Shown here piece by piece: positions 1-12,144 of a stretch of DNA of 64,000 nucleotides (the first letter of the stretch is position 1; each line of letters opens with the position of its first letter). The DNA is from Candidatus Coprovivens sp. (GTDB taxonomy: Bacteria > Bacillota_I > Bacilli_A > RF39 > UBA660), in NCBI GenBank assembly GCA_051892935.1, contig JBJFGS010000024.1, positions 32,001 to 96,000 of the forward strand. Reading direction: 5' to 3'. The position numbers and the translations under genes were made by a program. Under the pieces are notes generated by a model. The model searched no databases. It was not told the origin of the DNA and saw only the letters and a program-made list of their open reading frames with translations.

Positions 1-177
1 TTCAGATATTGTATAACTTTCAATTCCTTCTAGTCTGTTTCCATATTTATCTGAGCCATTTCCAACGTAGAAACATTGGATTAATACTGTAGCAATTAGG
101 ATTAAACATGCTACTACTACAGCCATTAAGATAATAAAAATACGATGTTCTTTACAAAATTTTTTTATTTTATTCAT
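1..177 (-). CDS. N-terminal part of a membrane-anchored hypothetical protein (runs off the window edge)
   Basis: ATG at 177 after a GAGGTGG RBS. Open frame MNKIKKFCKEHRIFIILMAVVVACLILIATVLIQCFYVGNGSDKYGNRLEGIESY with one TM helix. Not in the ORF track. Confidence 0.75.
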   Translation of the reverse strand, partial: MNKIKKFCKEHRIFIILMAVVVACLILIATVLIQCFYVGNGSDKYGNRLEGIESYTISE

Positions 178-326
178 TTGTTCCCACCTCTTTTTAGGTA
201 CTTAAATTATACTACAATATGATGTTATAAGCAATTATTTACGTTTTCTATATTTTTATTGAAAAGGAATATTTGACTTTATTATGTTGTTTATATATTA
301 TATACAATCAAAGAGGGGTAATATGT

Positions 327-1430
327 ATGATAAGTACAAATAATACTATATTAAGTTCTTTAAATAAAGATGAGTTATTGACTTTGTTTAAAGAGATAAA
401 TAATATGTCTTTGAGATATAGAGATTTTTTGAACTTACCAGATTATGTGACATTTGGTAATGAAATTGAAGTGAATAATATTCCTTTACATATATCACTA
501 TTTTTGGTGGAATTATTTAATGATGTAGCTCGGTTAGAAGGAAAAGATAGATATACTATTCATCAAGAAGAAACTGCATCTACTGAGGTGGTAACTTCTA
601 TTTTAACTAATACTACTACTAATTGGGGGAATTTTCATGAGATGTATTTACGTTTATATGATACAGGTGCTACTATAGGAGGAAATACTTCTAGTCATGT
701 TCATATTGGAGCGCATCCTATTAATACTCCTGAAAAGTTGTCTTTACTTTTGAAAACTTTGGTAGTATTTGAACCTATTATTTTTAAATTCGGGTATGGT
801 AATTATTCTAATCCTAGATTATATCTACGTGCTAATGAAAATAGAGTTATTTTTTCACCAATGATGACTCCTCAGAGAGTTTGCCGTTTCACGGACACTT
901 TAGACAGATTTGACTATAATAATTTTGATAAGATGAGGAAAGCTTTTGATGAATTTATCGCTCCTGAATTAAAGTTTAGACCTGTTTTTAATTTTAAAGA
1001 TTTCAATTTTGATAAATTTCAGTATAGTGATGCTGAGGTTGGATTACCTAGTGAAGATGATCACTTTGAAGTAAGATGTTTTAACGGTACTTTATTTCCT
1101 GCAATTTCTCAAAATAATATAAATTTAATTACTAAAATATTGGTTGCGGTTGTTGAAGGTAATATTGATAAAGAATATATATTAGCAGAATATAAAAAGT
1201 ATAAAAAGAAAAGATATAATTTTGATAGATTTTGCTGTATTCTTCATTCTGAAAAAGAGCGTATACAATATAATAGATTGTTAGATGGATTTAATAAGGT
1301 TAAATTAGAAAAAGCTCTTAAGTTAGCTGATATGATTTTTGATAATGATTTGGATAAGTGCTATTTTTTAAAACAGTATTTGAAACTATTTAAAGCTAGT
1401 AATGAATATGTGCATAGTTTAATTAAGTAA
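327..1430 (+). CDS. putative amidoligase (COOH-NH2 ligase, Amidoligase_2-like)
   Basis: Motifs TFGNEIE, EVVTSIL, TSSHVHIG and HFEVRCFNGT. Start moved to ATG 327 behind GAGGGG. Confidence 0.7.
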   Translation: MISTNNTILSSLNKDELLTLFKEINNMSLRYRDFLNLPDYVTFGNEIEVNNIPLHISLFLVELFNDVARLEGKDRYTIHQEETASTEVVTSILTNTTTNWGNFHEMYLRLYDTGATIGGNTSSHVHIGAHPINTPEKLSLLLKTLVVFEPIIFKFGYGNYSNPRLYLRANENRVIFSPMMTPQRVCRFTDTLDRFDYNNFDKMRKAFDEFIAPELKFRPVFNFKDFNFDKFQYSDAEVGLPSEDDHFEVRCFNGTLFPAISQNNINLITKILVAVVEGNIDKEYILAEYKKYKKKRYNFDRFCCILHSEKERIQYNRLLDGFNKVKLEKALKLADMIFDNDLDKCYFLKQYLKLFKASNEYVHSLIK

Positions 1431-1460
1431 AAAAGAATCGTTTTAACGATTCTTTTTTTT
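1431..1460. terminator. bidirectional intrinsic terminator
   Basis: Hairpin aaaagaatcgtt-tt-aacgattctttt with A/T tracts, between convergent genes. Confidence 0.8.
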
Positions 1461-2883
1461 ATTTATTTAACCACTCTTTCTTTTTATTTAAACTTGTTAT
1501 GATAAATATTAATATAGTAAGTAATCCGATAACTAATATAATTACTATATCCTTTGTATCTGGATTTTTTGGAATAAAAGTAGCTTCGATAGTTACGTCA
1601 GATGATGGCATTGTAAAAGTATTATCAGTAAATGTAAGAACATTACCATTAGAATCTGTAACTTTTATTTCACTTAGTACGTAACCTTCCTTCGGAGTTA
1701 TTATAAATGTTATAAGCTCATCCATAAATCCTTCATCATTAGAAATTTCTATACTCCCATTGCCATCTGTTTTAGCAATTACCTTATGTTTTAAGATATA
1801 TTCAGTGGCAAATATTTCGTCTTTTTTAGATGATGAAATAATACCTGGAACTATAAATCCATCATCACTTGGAATTATTGTTTTTCCAACTTGAAAGATA
1901 TTTTCTATGCTTCTATCCATGTTCTTACTTGCATCAATATTCCGAATTAAATTGAAGTTCATATCATATATTTCTAATAAGACATTTGTACTGTAATAAG
2001 GACCATAGAAACTAGTTGCTACAATATAGTCATCTATTATTATAACTGAGCTGTAGTCATGATATATTCCTTCGGAATCTTCTCCTTGCATGAATAATTC
2101 GCTTGTTCCATCCTGTGATATTTTATATATTCCAAAGTGAGCATAATAGAAATCATCATTAACTTTTATTAAATTCATATTATACGATATATTATAATTT
2201 CCGGTAATTGGAGTTGATTTTATATAATTCAAATCTAAGTCGTATTCATTTAATGAATATCCACTTGATAATGTTGAATCTTCATTTGTATAACTATAAT
2301 ACTCGATTGTATAAACTCTATCTTCACTTACATAAAGAGCTTGATTATAAGCTATAACGTTTTTTTTGTCTTTATACTTCGTTGATATATCAAATTGCTT
2401 AAGTACTTCTAATTGGTTATTTCTTTTCTCTATTGTTACTATTTCAGTTTCTTCGTTATAGTTTTCTAGGTAAAATAAATTATCTTTTTTTACTACATTA
2501 TAAGCTGATATTTCTTTTTGGGATAAAATTGTTCCGTCATTACTCATAATAATATATATTTTACTTGTAAAAATAACGAAAGATGTATCTGTTAGTTTGT
2601 ATGTATAGATTTCTCTTTCATCGTAAATTGTTTCAGTTAATGGTATTTCTTTAATCCAGGCATTCTCACCGTTTAAATTACTCTTTCTTACTAATAGTTT
2701 TGTATAATCTTCGTGTGTAACAATTATGTAACCATCAGATATTTTAGTAGCGTTAAATAAGTCTTGATCCAACTCATAAATGATATTTACATTATTACGA
2801 AATACTTCTTCAGCTATTACATTTTTTATAAATAAGCAATTTGTTATTATTAGTAAAAATATTATTATTTTAATTTTTTTCAT
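1459..2883 (-). CDS. surface protein: signal peptide, beta-rich domain, divergent InlB B-repeat-like domain, sortase-like C-terminal anchor
   Basis: N-terminal signal peptide; ITPKEGYVLSEIKV..FTMPSSDVTIEATF repeat motif; NPDTKD followed by TM helix and basic tail. Confidence 0.65.
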   Translation of the reverse strand: MKKIKIIIFLLIITNCLFIKNVIAEEVFRNNVNIIYELDQDLFNATKISDGYIIVTHEDYTKLLVRKSNLNGENAWIKEIPLTETIYDEREIYTYKLTDTSFVIFTSKIYIIMSNDGTILSQKEISAYNVVKKDNLFYLENYNEETEIVTIEKRNNQLEVLKQFDISTKYKDKKNVIAYNQALYVSEDRVYTIEYYSYTNEDSTLSSGYSLNEYDLDLNYIKSTPITGNYNISYNMNLIKVNDDFYYAHFGIYKISQDGTSELFMQGEDSEGIYHDYSSVIIIDDYIVATSFYGPYYSTNVLLEIYDMNFNLIRNIDASKNMDRSIENIFQVGKTIIPSDDGFIVPGIISSSKKDEIFATEYILKHKVIAKTDGNGSIEISNDEGFMDELITFIITPKEGYVLSEIKVTDSNGNVLTFTDNTFTMPSSDVTIEATFIPKNPDTKDIVIILVIGLLTILIFIITSLNKKKEWLNK

Positions 2884-2974
2884 ACTATCATCCTATTCTA
2901 CGTATAGTATAGAATAATGTATTTTTTTTCATAAGTTTTATTTTATAATTATTAACAAATATTAACAAAAGAAG

Positions 2975-5850
<2,876 letters not shown>

Positions 5851-5865
5851 TTTATTCCTTCTTTC

Positions 5866-7953
5866 TTATATTTTTTTTATACTTTTATGATTTTTTAATA
5901 GTTTTTTTATTCCATAATTTTTAGCAAAAGCTACAGTGATGAAATCTCCTTTTACTTCTATTACTACTCCTCTGCCATATATCATATGCATTATTATGTC
6001 TCCTTCTGCAAATTCAACTTCACCTTCATTGTGATATAATTCCTCACGATTTATTTGTTCTTCTGGAATCATTTTTTCATTTTCTATTTCTAGTAAGTCA
6101 GGGTCTATTTCTTTGATGAATCTACTTGGAGCATTCATGATGTCTTTTCCGTATAGCATTCTTCTTTTAGCATTTGTAATATATAATCTTTCTTTAGCTC
6201 TTGTAATACCAACATAGCATAGTCTTCTTTCTTCTTCAAGTCCTCCTTCTTCACAAAATGAATTTTGATGTGGAAAAATACCATCTTCCATTCCAACTAG
6301 GAAAACAATAGAAAATTCAAGTCCTTTAGCACTATGCATTGTCATTAATGTTACAACATCCTCATCTTCTTGGTGTTCTGTTATATCGGCAATTAAACTT
6401 ATTTCTTCTAGGAAGTCACTTAGAGATACTGAGCCTGTTCTTTCTTCGAAAGACTTAGTAATTGATTTAAATTCTTCTAGTACTTCTAGTCTTCTTTCGC
6501 TTTCTAGTGTTTTTTCGTTTTCGTATTCTTCTTTCATTCCTGTTTCTTCTAGTATTAAATCAATTAATTCGGTTAGGGATAAGTTTTCACTTTCTTTTGT
6601 TAAATGAATTATCAACTCTTTAAATAGTTGTTCTTTTCCTTTGGAAATAACTTGAAAAATAGATGTATTTTGTTCTTTGGCTTCTTGGTCTAATTTGGAT
6701 ATAGTTGCTTCACCAATACCACGTTTAGGAACATTTATTACTCTTCTTAAGCTTATTTCATCATCATTGTTAAGGATTAATCTTAAATAGCAGATTAAGT
6801 CTTTTATTTCTTTTCTATTATAGAAGTAGTAACTACCTACTACTTTATAAGGCATGTTTGATTTTAGAAACATTTCTTCTACGACACGAGATTGAGCATT
6901 GGTTCGGTATAGTACTGCTATATCACTTTTTTTATATCCTTCATCTAGTAATCTTTTTATTTCATCTAGTACAAGTTGTATTTCATGTTTTCCATCATAT
7001 GCTCTTAAGTACTTTGTTTTTTTTCCTTCACCAACGCTACTCCATAGAGTTTTTTCTTTACGTTCTTTATTATTTTTTATTACTGAATTAGCGGCATCTA
7101 AGATGTATTTTGTAGAACGATAGTTTTCTTCTAAAGGAATTACTTTAGCATTTTGGTAGTCTTTTTCAAAGTTTAGGATATTACGGAAGTTAGCACCTCT
7201 GAACATATATATTGATTGATCAGGGTCTCCTACTATAAAGATGTTTTTGTATTTTTTGGCTAGTAGTTTACTTAGCTTATATTGTACTTCATTAGTATCT
7301 TGATATTCATCTATCAAAATATATTTGAATCTGTCTTGGTACATTTCAAGAACATCTTGGTGTTCTTGAAATAGCTTTACTGGTAATCTAAGTAAATCAT
7401 CAAAATCTACTGAGTTATTTTTCTTTAATATTTCAATGTATTCATAGTATACTTTTTCCGCTACTTTATCTTGAGGTGTATTATAGAATTTATTTATATC
7501 ATCATTGGATAACATGTCATTTTTTATACTACTAATTTTATTTCTAATGTAGGCTGGAGCTGTTAACTTAGGATCTAATCCTAAGTCTTTCATTATTCTT
7601 TTTATTAAAGAAATGACATCATCGCTGTCTATTATAGAAAAGTTTCTATCTAATCCTAGTAGTGGAGCATTTTCTCTAATAATTCTTACTCCTAATGAGT
7701 GGAATGTACCAACAAACGCATTATTATCTGGTACTATGCTAGATAGTCTATCTCTCATTTCTTTAGCTGCTTTATTAGTAAATGTAATTGCTAGAATATT
7801 ATATGATGGTATACCGTTTTCTATTAAATTAGCTATTCTTGTTGTAAGTACTCTTGTTTTACCTGAACCTGCACCAGCAATAACAAGACATGGTCCATCT
7901 TTGTGAAGCACAGCTTCTTTTTGTTTTTCATTAAGTCCGTTTAATAAGTTCAT
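5866..7953 (-). CDS. pcrA: ATP-dependent DNA helicase PcrA/UvrD
   Basis: AGAGSGKT, DEYQD, GDPDQSIY, NYRS, HSAKGLEF, EERRLCYVGITRA; lies near ligA. Confidence 0.97.
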   Translation of the reverse strand: MNLLNGLNEKQKEAVLHKDGPCLVIAGAGSGKTRVLTTRIANLIENGIPSYNILAITFTNKAAKEMRDRLSSIVPDNNAFVGTFHSLGVRIIRENAPLLGLDRNFSIIDSDDVISLIKRIMKDLGLDPKLTAPAYIRNKISSIKNDMLSNDDINKFYNTPQDKVAEKVYYEYIEILKKNNSVDFDDLLRLPVKLFQEHQDVLEMYQDRFKYILIDEYQDTNEVQYKLSKLLAKKYKNIFIVGDPDQSIYMFRGANFRNILNFEKDYQNAKVIPLEENYRSTKYILDAANSVIKNNKERKEKTLWSSVGEGKKTKYLRAYDGKHEIQLVLDEIKRLLDEGYKKSDIAVLYRTNAQSRVVEEMFLKSNMPYKVVGSYYFYNRKEIKDLICYLRLILNNDDEISLRRVINVPKRGIGEATISKLDQEAKEQNTSIFQVISKGKEQLFKELIIHLTKESENLSLTELIDLILEETGMKEEYENEKTLESERRLEVLEEFKSITKSFEERTGSVSLSDFLEEISLIADITEHQEDEDVVTLMTMHSAKGLEFSIVFLVGMEDGIFPHQNSFCEEGGLEEERRLCYVGITRAKERLYITNAKRRMLYGKDIMNAPSRFIKEIDPDLLEIENEKMIPEEQINREELYHNEGEVEFAEGDIIMHMIYGRGVVIEVKGDFITVAFAKNYGIKKLLKNHKSIKKI

Positions 7954-8075
7954 GTTGTATCCTGCTTTCTTTTCATATTATATCATGATAAAGCTATATT
8001 TAGATATATATTTTTGTTATAAAAACGAACTTTTGTTTTTGCTTTGCGTAATAAAAAAAGTAGATTTCTCTACTT

Positions 8076-8363
8076 TTATAGATATTCCATTATTGCAACG
8101 TTTTTTTCTAGTTTAGCAACTAAGTCTTCTCGATCATATTTTGAAAATATTTCATCAAATGTTTCGTTATCTATTAAAAACATATTATAGAATTTAACAA
8201 AAGCTTCTACGTAATTAGTTACTCCTAATTCAAGTAGATACTTTATATTGTTAGTTACTACTTCTTCATTTTCATTTAGTTTTTCTACTGCAAGAGCAGG
8301 AATATTTTCACACATTAGATTGATAATTTCTTCATCAAACCCTAATTCTTTCAAATACATCAT
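8076..8363 (-). CDS. small hypothetical protein with mTERF-like helical repeats
   Basis: YLKELGF and NIKYLLELGV units; ATGA overlap with the upstream gene. Confidence 0.6.
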   Translation of the reverse strand: MMYLKELGFDEEIINLMCENIPALAVEKLNENEEVVTNNIKYLLELGVTNYVEAFVKFYNMFLIDNETFDEIFSKYDREDLVAKLEKNVAIMEYL

Positions 8364-10627
8364 AGTGTCATCCCTCCTAGTGTATTCGCTTTATTAAAAC
8401 CCAAGCAACTACCTACAACATTTCTTAATGTCTCTTCGTCTTGACGAAGGTTATATAATGCAGATGCTAGGATGATCTCTCTTTCAACACCTACAGTAGA
8501 TTGTTTACTTTGAGCTAGCGCATTTAAAACTATTATTAAGTTTCTTTCAAATTTATTCTTAGAAATACATATATTTCCTAGTTTATAAGTATATTTACCA
8601 ATTATTTCAGCGTGGTATTCTTGTTCCATAATTTGAACTAATCTATCAAATTCATCTTTCATTTCTGGTACAATTTCTTGACCAAGTACTGTTTTAATAT
8701 TTTTGTAGTTGTCTTCTAATGTATTTATTACTATTTCTGTGTAATCTTCATTACCGATTATACTTGGTAGCATACTATTTACTTCATTCATTGAAATTAT
8801 ACTTGGGAAGTTTTTAGTTGGACCATATTTTTTATAGAAATCTAAGTAGTATATTACATGTCTACAGAATTCTGTAGGGCCATTTCCTTCATATATTGGT
8901 TCTCCATGTTCTTCACAATATTTAACTCTCTTTATTAATTCGGTAGCACTAGTTCCAAGTATTTCTGGATTAGTCGCCATAATGTTTTCTAAGTCTGCCT
9001 CTATAATACTATCAATGTCTCTTAATAAATCTAAAGGTTTTTTCCAGAATACTGATAAAGCATATTTACCATTATTTTTAACAATTTTGATTAAATATTC
9101 TTTTAGTACTGATACATCTTCTTGAATATTGATATCTTCAAATAGTAGTAAATTATGGTTTCTTACTTCTTTTTCATCAAGTTCATAACCATTTGCCATT
9201 AATGTATCAATATTTTTTTCATATCTAGCAACATTTGCTTTTAATAAATATAATTGGCTTTCGTCAAATTTTTGATGAAGGCTTTCAATAGCAGATATTC
9301 TTTCTTCTAGTGTAGTTAGAGTTTCTCTTAAACCACTATTTGTATCTCTTATTAAGTCTTGAATTTTTAATTCAGATATACCTTTAGCTCTTAGTAGTGT
9401 TATTTTTTTATTTAATTCTTCATCAGCTAGATACATATGGTGTTTACGTAATTTATAAGCTTCTTCTTCTAAAGATATACTTCTTAAGATTTCATAGTTT
9501 TCTTCAATAACTCTTTTATCTACAGATGATAACATATTATATACTGTTTCAATATCTTCTGTATTATATTCCTTAAATTTATCAAGGTCTAATCCAATAC
9601 TTTCTAAGAATTGTAGAAATTCATCTTTTTCACTATTATTTTGAGTATTTAGTTCATATTCAGGAGTTGTTATAGTATCAGTTGTTGTTGCGGTATCTGA
9701 AGTTGTTTCTGGTTTAGTGTCAAATTCATCATTTTCCATGTTTAGTGCAGATAAATCTATAATTGTTGTTTTTTCATTATCACTATCTACTTTACTATAA
9801 ATGTCTTCTGTTACACTTTCGTTTTCTGATGGAGTTGGCTCTATTGTAATAACTGGTTCAATAATAGGAGTTGGTTCTTCTGGTTCAATGGCAAGTGTTG
9901 GCTCTTCCGGTTCAACATCTTCTGGAATAGGTTCTTCGTATTGTTGGTCTATTGGATTTACCAGTCCTTTTTCTAATCTTTCTTGGTAAGTTTGATTATA
10001 TTGATATAGCCCTTCATCTGGGAACATAATCAATTTAGTTAACTTACTTAATTCTGTTTCAGAGAAAATACCAAATGAAGAAAGCACTTTCTTAACATAA
10101 TGAGCTGTTAGTGAATCTCTTTCTATTTCATTTGGTGATAAACTTTGTTCTAATAAACTTACTAGTTGTTCTCTTTCCCATTCAGCTTTCTTTTGTTCTT
10201 CTTGTAGGCTAGCTAATTTAGTATCTAGTTCGTCTTTTCTTTTTTCAGCTTCTTCTATTTCTGTTTGGAAACCTTTTATTCGTTCATTTAGTTTTTCACA
10301 ATACTTTGGAGATCTGTCGCCTATAGCAGTCAGTAATGTTCCTATTTCTAGATTAATATCAATTTGACGAAGTGCTGAGAATGTATCGTCATTTAGGCCT
10401 TGAAAAGCTTCCTCAAAAGTTTGTTTTTGAGTTATAAATACTTCTAATGTACCTTCACTATCAATTTTATTTATCTCACTTTTAGTTCTATTATTCTCAG
10501 TTTCTTCAATGTCAGATTCCGTATTTCTTATTTCATTAGCTAATCCTTGTAAGATTACGTTATCATCACCTTTTAAATTATAAAGTCTATCTAATAATGT
10601 TTCTATATTTTGTGTTAATCCTGCCAC
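8360..10627 (-). CDS. large hypothetical protein: N-terminal coiled coil, Pro/Glu-rich linker, mTERF-like repeats
   Basis: Long ORF; likely GTG start at 10627 behind GAGGTG; EPEEPT repeats; NPEILGTSATELIKRVKYC motif. Confidence 0.6.
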   Translation of the reverse strand: MAGLTQNIETLLDRLYNLKGDDNVILQGLANEIRNTESDIEETENNRTKSEINKIDSEGTLEVFITQKQTFEEAFQGLNDDTFSALRQIDINLEIGTLLTAIGDRSPKYCEKLNERIKGFQTEIEEAEKRKDELDTKLASLQEEQKKAEWEREQLVSLLEQSLSPNEIERDSLTAHYVKKVLSSFGIFSETELSKLTKLIMFPDEGLYQYNQTYQERLEKGLVNPIDQQYEEPIPEDVEPEEPTLAIEPEEPTPIIEPVITIEPTPSENESVTEDIYSKVDSDNEKTTIIDLSALNMENDEFDTKPETTSDTATTTDTITTPEYELNTQNNSEKDEFLQFLESIGLDLDKFKEYNTEDIETVYNMLSSVDKRVIEENYEILRSISLEEEAYKLRKHHMYLADEELNKKITLLRAKGISELKIQDLIRDTNSGLRETLTTLEERISAIESLHQKFDESQLYLLKANVARYEKNIDTLMANGYELDEKEVRNHNLLLFEDINIQEDVSVLKEYLIKIVKNNGKYALSVFWKKPLDLLRDIDSIIEADLENIMATNPEILGTSATELIKRVKYCEEHGEPIYEGNGPTEFCRHVIYYLDFYKKYGPTKNFPSIISMNEVNSMLPSIIGNEDYTEIVINTLEDNYKNIKTVLGQEIVPEMKDEFDRLVQIMEQEYHAEIIGKYTYKLGNICISKNKFERNLIIVLNALAQSKQSTVGVEREIILASALYNLRQDEETLRNVVGSCLGFNKANTLGGMTL

Positions 10628-10776
10628 AATACACACCTCGCTTATTATGTATAAATTATAACAAAAAGAAAAGAAAGTGTAAATCTTTTTTAATATACTT
10701 GTTATTTCTTTATTTAAAGTAAGAGAACCAATAAATTGAATAATGAATATAATATTATGAAAGTAGGAGGGATTTT

Positions 10777-11376
10777 TTGAAAAAAATTATTATAATTATA
10801 GGATGTTTATTCTTAATAATATTTAGTATTTTTTCTTTTATTAATAAAGATAAAAGCGATGAATTAACTACTATTAAATTGGCTGAAGTAACTCATAGTA
10901 TATTTTATGCGCCGTTATATGTGGCATTGGAAAATGGTTATTTTAAAGAAGAAGGATTAAATATTGAATTAATATTAACTAGTGGAGCTGATAAAGTTAG
11001 TGCTGCTGTATTATCAAACACTGTAGATATAGGATTTGCTGGTCCAGAATCAGCAATATATGTATATAAGAACAAAGAAAAAGATTATCTTGTTACATTT
11101 GCAGGATTAACTAAAAGAGATGGACAATTTATTGTTGCTAGAGAAAAATATAAAAATTTTTCTGTTAATGATTTATATGGAAAAGAAATACTTGTTGGCC
11201 GTTCTTCTGGAATGCCTGCTCTAAACTTTTTTAATGGAGTTAAAAATGTTAGTGGAGATATTTCTAAAATAGATGTAAATACTAGTATAGATTTTGCTTC
11301 TTTATCGGGAACATTTATTGGTGGAGTTGGAGATTTTGTTAACTTATTTGATCTTAATGCAACTAAAAGAAAATAA
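10777..11376 (+). CDS. 5' part of split NitT/TauT-family (YtlA-like) ABC substrate-binding protein
   Basis: EVTHSIFYAPLYVA..GYFKEEGL..GMP..DF motifs. The family-like sequence stops at NLF (11349); the final DLNATKRK comes from the inserted element. Confidence 0.9.
   Translation: MKKIIIIIGCLFLIIFSIFSFINKDKSDELTTIKLAEVTHSIFYAPLYVALENGYFKEEGLNIELILTSGADKVSAAVLSNTVDIGFAGPESAIYVYKNKEKDYLVTFAGLTKRDGQFIVAREKYKNFSVNDLYGKEILVGRSSGMPALNFFNGVKNVSGDISKIDVNTSIDFASLSGTFIGGVGDFVNLFDLNATKRK
11335..11370. other. left att junction (crossover dinucleotide GA 11350-11351)
   Basis: ttatttGA|tcttaatgcaactaaa; the element-side arm is the reverse complement of the arm at the right junction. Confidence 0.85.
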
Positions 11377-11398
11377 AAAACTACTTAATAGTAGTTTT
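11377..11398. terminator. bidirectional terminator at the element's left end
   Basis: Hairpin aaaactact-taat-agtagtttt between the truncated SBP gene and the convergent WXG100 genes. Confidence 0.75.
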
Positions 11399-11723
11399 AT
11401 CCTTCATATTCTGATGTTAGTAAATCTTCAGCATTCTTTTTAATTGATGTATCAGCTTCTTCGTATTTTGTTGCTGTTGTTGATAAGAATGTTGCATACT
11501 TAGTAATTGAGTCATAAAAATCACCAAATTTTGCATATAAAGAATGGTATTTTTCTCTTAGCATATCTGCTGATTCACTTTTAAAAGAATCTTCTGTATT
11601 ACTCATTACTGTAGTAGCTTTATCTAAAGCCTGTTTCATAACATCAACTTTGTTTATCATAGCTTCAGATGCTTCTTTTAAACCTGTATATGATACTGAA
11701 ATATCCATTTGATTATTACTCAT
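11397..11723 (-). CDS. WXG100-like protein (degenerate WxG, YxxxD motif)
   Basis: 108-aa helical hairpin pattern; SFKSESA at the WxG position; KYEEAD near the C-terminus. Confidence 0.75.
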   Translation of the reverse strand: MSNNQMDISVSYTGLKEASEAMINKVDVMKQALDKATTVMSNTEDSFKSESADMLREKYHSLYAKFGDFYDSITKYATFLSTTATKYEEADTSIKKNAEDLLTSEYEG

Positions 11724-11739
11724 TTATATTACTCCTATT

Positions 11740-12030
11740 CTATAATCTTCCAGCTGCACTAGAAATATCTGTTTGTAAATCATTTAAACTTCCTGATGAA
11801 TTATTTAAGAAAATAGCATAATTGTTTACTACTTGCCCTAAAGCAACTATTTCTTCTTTGTAACTGTTTATTTTATTAGCAAATGCAACATTATCTGTAC
11901 CTTGCCATGAAGTAGTTAGATTATCAACAATTTTATATAATTCTGTTACAGCATTATTGTACTCAACGGCTGCATCGTTAATCTCCTTAGCTTCGTATTT
12001 CATTTGATCTAAATTAGCTTGTAAGTTCAT
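11740..12030 (-). CDS. WXG100 family type VII secretion substrate
   Basis: 96 aa; central SWQGTDNVAF motif; AGGAGG RBS. Confidence 0.85.
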   Translation of the reverse strand: MNLQANLDQMKYEAKEINDAAVEYNNAVTELYKIVDNLTTSWQGTDNVAFANKINSYKEEIVALGQVVNNYAIFLNNSSGSLNDLQTDISSAAGRL

Positions 12031-12077
12031 ATTATCCTCCTATAATATAGTCTTTTCTTCTTTTATTTTACATTTTT

Positions 12078-12106
12078 ATTATATTTCATATTTTGTGCTT
12101 CTTCAA
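12078..12106 (-). promoter_or_regulatory. sigma-A-like promoter for the WXG100 pair
   Basis: TTGAAG-17 bp-TATAAT on the minus strand upstream of 12030. Confidence 0.6.
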
Positions 12107-12144
12107 TAAAAGTTCCAAAAAATGTAAATTTATTTGACAAGATA

